Source: an uncultured Candidatus Pelagibacter sp.
GTDB taxonomy: Bacteria > Pseudomonadota > Alphaproteobacteria > Paracaedibacterales > CAIOTO01
NCBI GenBank assembly: GCA_964415115.1
Contig: CAYPYB010000001.1
Location: 75,228 to 139,227 of the forward strand
DNA: 64,000 nt
Direction of reading: 5' to 3'
Every line of letters starts with the position of its first letter. Positions within the stretch are counted from its first letter, which is position 1. Shown here in pieces: positions 27,964 through 37,768 of the stretch. The notes beneath the pieces were generated by a model. That model saw only the letters and a list, made by a program, of their open reading frames with translations. It searched no databases and had not been told where the DNA came from. The translations under genes and the position numbers were made by a program.

Positions 27964-29732
27964 AACATACTGACATACACACTTCTTTATCACAGCAATT
28001 TTGGCAATGGTTTTTGCAGTACAAAAGTTATGGATTTTCTTTATTAAGCAAAAAGAAAAAAGTCCTCGCCTTTCAGAACCGAGAATGGGTTCCTGGTAAT
28101 GCTTTGAGGGGCAAAAAAATAATTCAAAATGAAATTACTTTTGACCAGCAATCTTTCAGAGTCCAAGATATTTTTTCAATGATAGAAGGAACTTTAGCTC
28201 CACATTCAGAAGCTTTAACCTATTTGCATTCTTTCGGTTTTTTAAGAGATCTTCTAGCTGTTCCTGAAAATAACGCCCGTAAATTTGCACGCCAAATTAT
28301 TGAAAACTGGATTATATATCATCAATCACCTTTTTCAAATCACTGGACCAGCAAAGCATGGGATATTGAAATCGTAGCTATCCGCCTATACAGCCTTATT
28401 ATTTTCCACCAAGAGTTGATTAATACATCCAGCGATCAGTTTAAAGACATTATTGAAAATGAAATAGATAGAAGTTTCAAGTTTTTAAGGCGGCATTGGT
28501 CATTTGAATATGAGGATATCAATTTATTTTGGTGTTTAAGCAGTTTACTTATTGCTTATTCAAATGGTTACGATAAATATGTTTATCATCATGAAATTGT
28601 TTCAAACTTGCATTTATTTCGTAAAAAAATAAGTTTAATTATTCTGAATGATGGCATGATTTATTTACGTGATACCAGTCTTCAAGTTTATATCGTTCAA
28701 AATCTTATAGAAGTAAGGACCGCATTACTCAATTGGGCTAATCGCCTGAATCAAAAAAGGAAAAGCAAAGCTAATCAAAAAATAATTGATCAACTGAATG
28801 GACTGATGGATTATATCCAAAAAAAAATTGATTCAATGACCAATATTATTCGATTAATGCGTCACGGAGACGGAGCTTTAACACAACTAGCTACCCAACT
28901 CACGGTATGGAAAGGCTTAAACTTTAATCCATCGTCAGATCAAATTGATAGTATTTTAAGCATGTCCTTAAGCGATTCATCGAGGCCTTTAACACGAGCA
29001 CCTTATGGAGGTCTTGAACGACTTACGAATAAAAAATCTGTTGTTATCGTTAATACCAATATGGTCGACAGCGAATCAAAAAAATTTATGCCTATTTATA
29101 CCAGCGGAGATGACCACAAAGAATCTGGAGGTGAGAGATCTCTTGATGTGCTCAATTTTGATTGGAGTTTAGGATCTATTCGTATCATTGAAAATGCGGA
29201 AGTCATCCTTCAAATGCCCAATGGTGAATGGATCGATGCTATTGATAAATCAGCATCTCTTTTAAAGATTAAACGTCATTTTCAAGAAAACAAATCGGTA
29301 TGTTTTTTTGAATTAGAAAGCTCTATGCAGCAACTGTCTTTCACACTTCAAAAACTTCTTATGTTGGATTCCGATAAACTGTTATTCAAAGCAAGAGAAA
29401 CATTTCAGCTTAAATTCAACTGTATAATAGGTTTAAAGTTTAAACTTAATCCCTTATGCCATGTTCGAAAATTGCACGATAATATTTGCATAGAACTTTC
29501 TGAAAAATCGGCTAAAGAAGGTTTCAATTTATCCTACCCTAATACACTTAATTCTTCATTTTTACAAAATCATAGATCTCATCATAAAGCCCCATTAACT
29601 TGGATTTTTCGATCCTCTGGTGAAGACCAAAAAGAATTCTTTAATGATGCCGTCAATCCAGAAATTATCCTTTTAAAATCTATTGGAAAAAATAAGCAAA
29701 CATCCATTCAATGGTCATTCGAAATTGAATAA
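27960..29732 (+). CDS. conserved hypothetical protein (possibly the heparinase II/III-like family common in alphaproteobacteria)
   Basis: It is a 590-aa uninterrupted ORF with a GTG start overlapping the rpe stop (GTGA). The family suggestion comes only from my recollection of similar synteny near rsmB and is not motif-verified. Confidence 0.55.
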   Translation: MKHTDIHTSLSQQFWQWFLQYKSYGFSLLSKKKKVLAFQNREWVPGNALRGKKIIQNEITFDQQSFRVQDIFSMIEGTLAPHSEALTYLHSFGFLRDLLAVPENNARKFARQIIENWIIYHQSPFSNHWTSKAWDIEIVAIRLYSLIIFHQELINTSSDQFKDIIENEIDRSFKFLRRHWSFEYEDINLFWCLSSLLIAYSNGYDKYVYHHEIVSNLHLFRKKISLIILNDGMIYLRDTSLQVYIVQNLIEVRTALLNWANRLNQKRKSKANQKIIDQLNGLMDYIQKKIDSMTNIIRLMRHGDGALTQLATQLTVWKGLNFNPSSDQIDSILSMSLSDSSRPLTRAPYGGLERLTNKKSVVIVNTNMVDSESKKFMPIYTSGDDHKESGGERSLDVLNFDWSLGSIRIIENAEVILQMPNGEWIDAIDKSASLLKIKRHFQENKSVCFFELESSMQQLSFTLQKLLMLDSDKLLFKARETFQLKFNCIIGLKFKLNPLCHVRKLHDNICIELSEKSAKEGFNLSYPNTLNSSFLQNHRSHHKAPLTWIFRSSGEDQKEFFNDAVNPEIILLKSIGKNKQTSIQWSFEIE

Positions 29733-29756
29733 TTAAAAATTTAAAAAGTATTCTCC

Positions 29757-30491
29757 ATGAAGAACTCATTGAATCTTAGCCCCTATGAATGTTTCGAATT
29801 TGCATTTATATTTGTGCCTTGCTATGAACATTTAAAATTACTACGTGAATTAGCAAACGTCATTGATTGTGAAATTGAAGTCCTCAAACAATTTCACACA
29901 CCCATAATAAACAAATATTATCACAATCATATTGTTAATTTTCCACATTTATCCGTTGATCAATATGGCCTTATGGGAATAGAAATAGATTCACTCATTG
30001 ACATTGTGAAGCAAATATCTAGTAACATATATGCATTCCAACTTGGAATGCTTCCAGAATTATCCCTTTTAGATAACTATGTTTTCTTTGACGCACATAA
30101 TTAAGAAAATATTGATCCCATTTTTAAAGATACATTTTTAAGTTTCAGAAATATGTTCTTCAAAAATATTCAAACCAAATTCCCTATCAAACAAGCCTAT
30201 CTTCATAAACAAAAAAATAGTGCTGATTTACTAGAATTAGATTTAATTGATAGATTTTACCAGAATTGGATGATTCCAGAATACAACCGAATGAGACCAC
30301 ATTTTACCCTACAATATCTCCCAGTTTTTCCAAAAGATCTTATCGACTTGCAATTACGCGATAACCCCAAAATTCAGACTATTCTTAATATCCTACAGAA
30401 TATAGTGATCGACAAAATAGGAATAATTGAAATTGATACTTTTGGCAATCCAACAACAAAGAAACCTCAATTCTTATTAGATCTAAAGTAA
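29757..30491 (+). pseudogene. 2H-phosphoesterase-like (LigT/DUF1045-like) gene split by a single in-frame TAA
   Basis: ORFs 29757..30104 and 30153..30491 are in the same frame and are separated only by TAA at 30102-30104. The first half carries an H-x-S-x motif (FPHLSV) and the second an H-x-T-x motif (RPHFTLQY), as in the two-lobed 2H fold. Confidence 0.4.
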
Positions 30492-30524
30492 TATCCCTTT
30501 TAGCGAATCAAAAAAAACTAATTT

Positions 30525-31313
30525 TTATTTAACATTTTTCCAAATACGTCGCATCGAGCAATAAAACAACAGGCTCATAATAGAAGCATAAATGAGAAAT
30601 TTCACACCAGTGGCTTTTCTCTGTTCTAATTCTGGTTCTGAAGCCCACGCAAGAAATGTAACCACATCATGAGCCATCTGCTCTATCGTTGCATTTGTTC
30701 CATCTGTGTAGGTAACTAAATCCTTTGAAAGAGGTTGAGGCATAGCAATTTTATGACCTGGAAAATATTGATTGTAATGTAAGCTTGAAGAAATTTCGAA
30801 ACCTTTAGGAGCTGCTGTATACCCTGTTAAAATAGCATAAATATAATCTACACCTCGTTCCTTAGCTTTTGTAATTAAAGATAAATCTGGAGGTTCAGCA
30901 CCCCCATTGGACGCTTTAGCTGCATTAATATTGGGATAAGGATTAGGGAAAGTATCCTTAGGTAGACCTGGGCGTTCAAACATTTTTCCATCTTGATCTG
31001 GACCATCAGCAACCATAAAACTACTTGCAAATGCTTTGATTTCATCTTCGTTATAACCAAGATCACTTAAAGTTCTAAAAGCAACAAATTTCAAACCGTG
31101 ACAAGCCGCACAAACTTGTTTATAAACCTGCAATCCTCGTTGTAAGGATTTACGGTTGAATGTTCCTGTTGGTTTTTGAAAAGACCATTCTTGCTGTGGA
31201 ATTTGGACATCGCTTTTTTCAGCCCATATAATGGGAGCGTTCATACATAAGAAAACGTACATAAAAAATGGCATGAGGCTCTTTTTTATCAATTTTAATT
31301 TATGGTTTTGCAC
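30525..31313 (-). CDS. petC: cytochrome c1
   Basis: It has a signal peptide, a heme-binding CAACHG, a PPDLSLI block and a C-terminal TM anchor (FLIYASIMSLLFY). Confidence 0.8.
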   Translation of the reverse strand: MQNHKLKLIKKSLMPFFMYVFLCMNAPIIWAEKSDVQIPQQEWSFQKPTGTFNRKSLQRGLQVYKQVCAACHGLKFVAFRTLSDLGYNEDEIKAFASSFMVADGPDQDGKMFERPGLPKDTFPNPYPNINAAKASNGGAEPPDLSLITKAKERGVDYIYAILTGYTAAPKGFEISSSLHYNQYFPGHKIAMPQPLSKDLVTYTDGTNATIEQMAHDVVTFLAWASEPELEQRKATGVKFLIYASIMSLLFYCSMRRIWKNVK

Positions 31314-31451
31314 TATTAACTTCTATGTAAACGTATGTTCTTTTTTGTATTTTTCCACGTTCTATGGAAAAAATAAATAGCTATCCTGCTTATTTGAAAT
31401 CTTAATTATCCTGAGACGATAAATTGCTGATTTTCAACGACTAAATTCCCT

Positions 31452-32015
31452 TTAAATTGATCTTGCACATTGAATGGCAAACTTTGTTATATTTTCGATT
31501 AAAGATGTTGTTACAGGAAATTTTGCCTTTAAGTTAGTTTCACTTTCAGAATTTGCTATTCCCTTATGTTGACATTCTTCTTCCCTAAATTCTTCTAAAG
31601 TATCTGCTAATTTTTTTTCGTCCACATTTTGACTTTGGGAAAGAACATGCACTTGGTGAGCATAATGTTCATCGATAACCGTCTCCACAGCACTTGTACA
31701 TGCATGTGCCACGTTCCGTCCAGCAAAGGCTGTTAGCGCACCCATAAAAAAACCACCTATATGCCAAAATGGCATGAGATAGGAAGGCCTTATCTTTTTT
31801 TCAACAAGGTAGTGATTAAAAAAACGAAGATGTTTATATTCCTGATCCAACATATGTGTAATCGCAGGATCGGCACCTAAAATGAATAGCTGTCCCTTAT
31901 AGATTTGAACAGCACCATGTTCACCAGCATGATTAACACGCATCCAACTGTTAAACTCTTCTTGATCTACACATTCGTTCTTTTTTTCGTTTTTCATAAT
32001 GACTAAATCGTTCAT
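31452..32015 (-). CDS. coq7: demethoxyubiquinone hydroxylase (di-iron, COQ7 family)
   Basis: It has RVNHAGEHGAVQIYKGQ and paired E...H motifs (DQEYKHL, DEHYAHQ, EEECQHK). Length is 187 aa. Confidence 0.8.
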   Translation of the reverse strand: MNDLVIMKNEKKNECVDQEEFNSWMRVNHAGEHGAVQIYKGQLFILGADPAITHMLDQEYKHLRFFNHYLVEKKIRPSYLMPFWHIGGFFMGALTAFAGRNVAHACTSAVETVIDEHYAHQVHVLSQSQNVDEKKLADTLEEFREEECQHKGIANSESETNLKAKFPVTTSLIENITKFAIQCARSI

Positions 32016-33373
32016 TGGATTTTTTTAAAGACATTGGGAGTTTCATCAAACTTTTGGGCTAATTTATTTTTGGTTTTTTCTTTATTTTTCTCTACTAACT
32101 TTATGAAAGTATCTCGCATTTCGTCAATAGGGACAAATAAATTTAAACTGATAAGAAAAAATCCTGAAAAAAACATGAGCAATCCAAGCACGGCCCAAAC
32201 ACCAAAAATTTGTGAAAAATAGTGTGTCAAATAGCCTGTTGATAAGTACATCAGTGCTTTAGTGATTCCTGCAGCCTTTGAATATTTGGAAAAGCGCTGA
32301 CTTACGTGAAAAGATTTAATCACAAGTGGCGCAGCAGGATCAAAACTAGCTGTAGCAATAATCGCAATCACCTGTGCTACAAAAACAGACAAATGATGAG
32401 TATTATTAACCATCCAAAAGAAACTTAAGGGCATTAAAACAAAGGATGTCCACGTTCTTATTTTTAAAATTTTAAAGGGATGGTATTTTATGGTAAATCG
32501 TGCACAAATATATAAAAAAATAATTTCAGCAAGCATAACAAAACCATTGCTAAATAATATAGCGCTAGGATCCATTCCTAAACGATCTGACATCATATCT
32601 GAACAAACGCTAAAAGCGAAATAAAAGGCTGTTGGGCAAATAACATTCATTCCCAGCAAAGCCATAAAATTACGTTTTTCAAAATAACGCTGAAGATGTG
32701 CTTCTTCTGTATTTAAAGTTTTTTGAGATGATGTAAATTCTTCAGGTTCAGTCAAATATAATCTGGCAAATGTTGCGCATACCGCAATAATAGAACCGAT
32801 ATAAAACGCTACCTTCCAACCATTTTCTGGTAAGAAACGCAAACACAAACTACCCATTAATGTAGCAAAAAAACCTCCTAAATCGCACGTTATAGGAATA
32901 AGAACAGAAGCTAAAAATACCTTAGACGTTAAAGGTAGCGTTTCTGTTATGTAAACCTCGGCACACTTAGATTCTCCGGTAGAGCTGAAACCTTGAAGAG
33001 TCCGACATAGCATCATCAAAAATGTCGCATAAACCCCCCACTGAGCATATGTAGGAATATTAGGAATAAGCAAACATGTTCCTGCCATAATCAAAGTAGT
33101 ATAGGTTAAAACAGTTACACGACCATATTTATCTCCAATCATTCCCCAAAAATAGGCACCAAATGGTTTGATAACAAACGTAGAGCTAAAAGCTAAAATA
33201 CTTAAGAACTTTGTAACTGTGGGATCAGTTTTGGGTAAAAATATTGGAGTGATAACAAATGAAAGATGTGTAAAAAGCATAAGATCAAAATATTCAAGAA
33301 AATTCCCTGCTAAGACGATAATCATCGATTTAATTTCATCATACGAGAACTTATCCTTCATTTTTTGATTCAT
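32012..33373 (-). CDS. MFS transporter (ProP-like)
   Basis: It has about 12 hydrophobic segments and an MFS loop motif GMIGDKYGRV. Its stop overlaps the coq7 start by 4 nt. Confidence 0.75.
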   Translation of the reverse strand: MNQKMKDKFSYDEIKSMIIVLAGNFLEYFDLMLFTHLSFVITPIFLPKTDPTVTKFLSILAFSSTFVIKPFGAYFWGMIGDKYGRVTVLTYTTLIMAGTCLLIPNIPTYAQWGVYATFLMMLCRTLQGFSSTGESKCAEVYITETLPLTSKVFLASVLIPITCDLGGFFATLMGSLCLRFLPENGWKVAFYIGSIIAVCATFARLYLTEPEEFTSSQKTLNTEEAHLQRYFEKRNFMALLGMNVICPTAFYFAFSVCSDMMSDRLGMDPSAILFSNGFVMLAEIIFLYICARFTIKYHPFKILKIRTWTSFVLMPLSFFWMVNNTHHLSVFVAQVIAIIATASFDPAAPLVIKSFHVSQRFSKYSKAAGITKALMYLSTGYLTHYFSQIFGVWAVLGLLMFFSGFFLISLNLFVPIDEMRDTFIKLVEKNKEKTKNKLAQKFDETPNVFKKIQ

Positions 33374-33442
33374 TATCGTCTTTTTCCTGACCAGATTTTT
33401 ATGGACTATATTCTTTTTAAACTATATATAACATTTGTTAAA

Positions 33443-35200
33443 CTAATTCATTTCTTCAACAAGTTCAATTTTTAATATTGAGCATGCAATTTTGAAAATT
33501 AGAATATTCGTTTGAATTAACTTAAGGCGCACGAGTGATACGTTTACATTATTCGGATCAATAAAACGCAGCTGTGAATTTTCTCGACCAGCATTCCACA
33601 AAACGCTAAAGCGATAAGCTAATTGGTACAAATGTTGGATGATACGATGAGGTTCTTTGTGAACATATGCCATTTGTAACACACGTGGCCAATTGTTAAT
33701 TTCTTTTATTAATGCTATTTCTTCTTCATTCACCAATAAGTCTAACTTTACATCATCTAATGCTTTGTCATCAGCAATATGGGGAAATGTTTTTGTCATT
33801 TGTTTAATCACAGAATGCATGCGAGCATAAGCATAATTAACATAAAAAACAGGGTTGTCTTTATTGTGAGAAACGACTAAATCAAAATCAAAATCCAGCG
33901 CCATATCATGGTGCCTGGATAACATTAAGTAGCGAGTAGCATTAATCCCAACACGTTCTAGAACATCTCTAAATGTAATAAAATTTCCCGACCTTTTAGA
34001 CATGCGAACAGATTTGCCACCATCAACAAAATTGACCATTTGCGTAAGCCTAACATCCAACGTATCTGCATCAGACATAGCTGAAACAGCTGCTTTTAAT
34101 CTTTTAACATATCCAATGTGATCAGCGCCAAAAATATTCAATAATTTCTTAAAGCCTCGTTGAATTTTATAATAATGGTAACCGACGTCACCAGCAAAAT
34201 ACGTCCATGATTTATCAGATTTTTGCAAAGCACGATCTACATCGTCTCCAAATTGAATGGCCTTAAATAAGAGCTGTGGTTTTTCCTCCCAATCATCGAC
34301 AGTGATTCCTAAAGGAGCAGCCAAAACCCCATTATAAATCAAACCTGCTTTCTGAAAATTCTTAAGCATTTGATTCAAATGACCCTCATCAATAATTTCC
34401 CTTTCTGACGTATACACATCCATTATAATGTGCGCAAAATTCAAATCATCTTTAATTTTATTCATCATTTCAACTACGCTAAAATCTTTTACGATTTGTA
34501 ACATTTCTGAATATTCCAATGAAAGTAAAGTGTCTCCATATTTTTCTTTTAACTTTGTTCCCACAGAAACTAAATAATCACCTCTATACATATCTGGACC
34601 AAATTGGTCTTCAGAAACATCTTGCCCTAAGGCTTGTTTATAACGCCATATCGCCGATTCCCCAAGGGCATCAACTTGACCTCCTGCATCATTTATATAA
34701 TATTCACGCGTCACTTTATGTCCGCAAAATTCTAACAATGATGCCAGGGTATCGCCATAAATAGCATTGCGGCCATGACCTGCATGTAAAGGTCCGGTTG
34801 GATTCACAGAAACAAATTCCACAAGAATTTCATCTGGATTGTCAACTTGAGGTTTTCCAAAAGATTCTTTTAATTGCCAAACCTTCATCATTGTTTCATG
34901 CCAAAATGATGGATTCATGGTCATATTAATAAAACCCGGACCAGCAATTTCAAATTTCATGATGTTTAAATTATCATTCATACGAACAATAATTTTTTGG
35001 GCAAGCTCTTGAGTTTTGCACGATAATTGTTTAGATAGAACCATAGCTATGTTTGTGGCTAAATCACCATGACGAGCATCTTTTGTTGGCTCGACAACAA
35101 CTTTAGAAAAATCTATATGATCAAGATTATACTCATTTTTTACAGCATTTATAAGCCATTGATAAACATCGTCAAAAATATTCATAAATCTCTTTTTCAA
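33443..35200 (-). CDS. argS: arginine--tRNA ligase
   Basis: It has the class I motif VNPTGPLHAGHGRN, an MSKRSGNF (KMSK-like) motif and a C-terminal anticodon-binding domain ending in M. Confidence 0.9.
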   Translation of the reverse strand: MKKRFMNIFDDVYQWLINAVKNEYNLDHIDFSKVVVEPTKDARHGDLATNIAMVLSKQLSCKTQELAQKIIVRMNDNLNIMKFEIAGPGFINMTMNPSFWHETMMKVWQLKESFGKPQVDNPDEILVEFVSVNPTGPLHAGHGRNAIYGDTLASLLEFCGHKVTREYYINDAGGQVDALGESAIWRYKQALGQDVSEDQFGPDMYRGDYLVSVGTKLKEKYGDTLLSLEYSEMLQIVKDFSVVEMMNKIKDDLNFAHIIMDVYTSEREIIDEGHLNQMLKNFQKAGLIYNGVLAAPLGITVDDWEEKPQLLFKAIQFGDDVDRALQKSDKSWTYFAGDVGYHYYKIQRGFKKLLNIFGADHIGYVKRLKAAVSAMSDADTLDVRLTQMVNFVDGGKSVRMSKRSGNFITFRDVLERVGINATRYLMLSRHHDMALDFDFDLVVSHNKDNPVFYVNYAYARMHSVIKQMTKTFPHIADDKALDDVKLDLLVNEEEIALIKEINNWPRVLQMAYVHKEPHRIIQHLYQLAYRFSVLWNAGRENSQLRFIDPNNVNVSLVRLKLIQTNILIFKIACSILKIELVEEMN

Positions 35201-35444
35201 AAAACACTCAATTTGTACTATCTTATCAAAAAACAGTGATAAATACTATTTCTTCTAGCAATCTACGTTAGAATTTGTGTCAATAGTTTAAAAATATTAT
35301 ACCCTATTTGAATGCTATCTATTTTATAATCTTAAATATTGCTGAAGATGTTAAAGATATTTAAACAACACTTTCCTTTTGAAAATGAGTCTTTAGCCCG
35401 AACTTTTATTTCTTAAAATTTATAATCACCTAAACAAAAACTTC

Positions 35445-35473
35445 TTGACATTAATTTGGTATTTTCATAAGAT
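35445..35473 (+). promoter_or_regulatory. sigma-70-like promoter for tRNA-Asp (TTGACA-17 nt-TAAGAT)
   Basis: It has a perfect -35 hexamer at 35445-35450 and a 17-nt spacer. The -10-like TAAGAT at 35468-35473 lies ~37 nt upstream of the tRNA 5' end. Confidence 0.4.
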
Positions 35474-35509
35474 CTATTAAGTATCGTTTATGCGATAACC
35501 CTTTAAAAA

Positions 35510-35586
<77 letters not shown>

Positions 35587-35744
35587 TTTTAAAAATTTAC
35601 ATAAATAAAAAAAATTACTGTCCATAATTTTATAATAAAAATTATTTTTATAATTTTAACTCTCTAGCGCATTTTTATAGGTCATAAAAAATCACAATCT
35701 TTGTATTTATCACTACATTTAGTATGTATAACATTTTTGAACTA

Positions 35745-36767
35745 TTATTTACAGCTAAATTTAAAAATTAAGTCTATAGCTTCTAAATATTGAGCATAAA
35801 AAATCATTTTACCTTCGTCACAATCTTGCATAAGTTTAGGCATATGCGGGATAGAGGCTAGCTTAGGAATTTTTAAACCAATAGCATTTTCATTATCGTT
35901 AAAAAATATTTCTTGATGATGATTGCATTTTGAACATGTTACATAGGCCATATTCTCTATATACCCTAATAACGGAATATTCAATTTTAAAAACATTTCT
36001 TGCGCTTTTATCGCATCGATAACGGCCAATCTTTGAGGTGTAGTCACTAAAATAACACCGTCAATCACCAACTGTTGAATCAAACTGAGATGTATATCTC
36101 CCGTTCCAGGCGGAGTGTCAATAATCAAGACATCTAAATTACCATGATAATTCCATTCAACTTCAAACAAAAGTTGCAACAAAGCGCTTTGCGCCATAGG
36201 ACCGCGCCAAATCGTTGCTTTATCTGCACTCACTAAAAAGCTTAGAGACATTAATGCTAAGCCATTTTTTTGTATAGGAATTATTTTTTTATCACTTGTC
36301 ACTTCTGGTTTTTCAAATGTTCCTGTGATAGTTGCCAAAGATGGACCATAAATATCAGCGTCTAACAATCCAACCTTTAAACCTTTTTGTTGCAACCCTA
36401 AAGCCAATTGCAAACTGGTAGTAGATTTTCCCACCCCACCTTTTCCAGAGGCTACTAGGTAAATTTTTTGGACTCCTAAAATATTACGCTTGCTCTGAAC
36501 TTGTTTATTTTCTAATACAGGTGCTTTTTTAAATACTTCGTACCCTATCAAAAATTCAAAATCAGAACTTACAGCTTTTTGAATTTTTTCTTCAAATTCA
36601 ATCTGATGTTGGTTTGACGAAAATGTTTTCTCAATTTGAAAAATTAAATAAATTTTTTGTTCTGATATTTTTATGGAACTTAACACAGGTAGTGTTTGAA
36701 AAAAATCTTTCCAAAAATGGGTATCAGATAATGCACTTAGAATCTTTTTTTGAATATCTTCAATCAT
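35745..36767 (-). CDS. apbC: Mrp/ApbC/NBP35-family Fe-S cluster carrier ATPase
   Basis: It has a deviant Walker A SGKGGVGKSTT and a CxxC (CSKCNHH) in the C-terminal third. Confidence 0.85.
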   Translation of the reverse strand: MIEDIQKKILSALSDTHFWKDFFQTLPVLSSIKISEQKIYLIFQIEKTFSSNQHQIEFEEKIQKAVSSDFEFLIGYEVFKKAPVLENKQVQSKRNILGVQKIYLVASGKGGVGKSTTSLQLALGLQQKGLKVGLLDADIYGPSLATITGTFEKPEVTSDKKIIPIQKNGLALMSLSFLVSADKATIWRGPMAQSALLQLLFEVEWNYHGNLDVLIIDTPPGTGDIHLSLIQQLVIDGVILVTTPQRLAVIDAIKAQEMFLKLNIPLLGYIENMAYVTCSKCNHHQEIFFNDNENAIGLKIPKLASIPHMPKLMQDCDEGKMIFYAQYLEAIDLIFKFSCK

Positions 36768-36772
36768 GATTC

Positions 36773-37759
36773 TTAAATTCTTAAAAGGCTAGCGCCCCAA
36801 GTAAGACCAGCGCCCATACCTACAATTAACACGGTTGAATTATTTTTCAATGTTCCATTTTTTAAGGACACATCCAATGCCAGTGGTATTGATGCAGCAG
36901 AAGTATTAGCGTGCACATCAACAGTTACAATCACCTTTTCTGAAGGTAAATTGAAACGCTCTGCTATTCCTTTAATAATTCGCGCATTGGCTTGATGAGG
37001 AATAATGTAATCAATGTCATCTATAGATATATTATTTTTTTCTAAGACAACTTCTATAGCTTGCCCCATTTTCAAAATGGCGTTTTTAAATATTTCTTTT
37101 CCATCCATAACAATAGCACCTTTTTCTTCAGGTGTTTTGATCGATGGATCAACATAAAGTTTGTCGTAACCGCAACCATCGCTGAATAAACAAGATGTTG
37201 CTTTTATTTTTTCATCTGCATGCAAGTTAGTGGCTGAAACAATAATTGCACCTGCACCATCACCAAAAAGAACGCATGTACCGCGATCATTCCAATCCAC
37301 AATTTTCGTCATATGCTCAGCACCAATAATAGCAATATGCTTGGCTTGGCCAGATATCACCATGTTTTCAGCCATGGAATAGGCATAAACAAACCCAGAG
37401 CATGCAGCTTGAATGTCAAAAACAAAAGCCTTGTCGGCTTGGATATTCGCTTGAACACGAGCCGCTGTTGATGGAAATGTGTGATCAGCTGTGGTTGTTG
37501 CAACAATAATAGCATCTAAATCAGAAGCTTTGATCTTTGTATGTTCTAACGCTTTTGTTAAAGCCTGAGTCGACATAAAAGATGTTGTTTCTTCAGGTGA
37601 CGACTTGTGCCTTTGGATTATTCCTGACCTTGTTCTAATCCATTCATCTGAAGTATCGAGGTATTCAGGTAAATCCATATTTTTAATAATATGCCGGGGT
37701 AAATAGCTACCACTACCTAAAAATATTAAAGGAAAAGAATTTGTTTTAGAATAATCCAT
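36773..37759 (-). CDS. fabH: 3-oxoacyl-ACP synthase III
   Basis: It has the active-site AACSGF, HQAN, and a GAGLTWG tail. Confidence 0.9.
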   Translation of the reverse strand: MDYSKTNSFPLIFLGSGSYLPRHIIKNMDLPEYLDTSDEWIRTRSGIIQRHKSSPEETTSFMSTQALTKALEHTKIKASDLDAIIVATTTADHTFPSTAARVQANIQADKAFVFDIQAACSGFVYAYSMAENMVISGQAKHIAIIGAEHMTKIVDWNDRGTCVLFGDGAGAIIVSATNLHADEKIKATSCLFSDGCGYDKLYVDPSIKTPEEKGAIVMDGKEIFKNAILKMGQAIEVVLEKNNISIDDIDYIIPHQANARIIKGIAERFNLPSEKVIVTVDVHANTSAASIPLALDVSLKNGTLKNNSTVLIVGMGAGLTWGASLLRI

Positions 37760-37768
37760 GGTTCAACT

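Noticed and set aside
31349-31371. Hairpin TTTTTCCA-cgttcta-TGGAAAAA between coq7 and petC as a terminator
   Set aside because: On either strand the stem is followed by an A-run rather than a U-run, so it does not fit an intrinsic terminator. It is too short to interpret otherwise.
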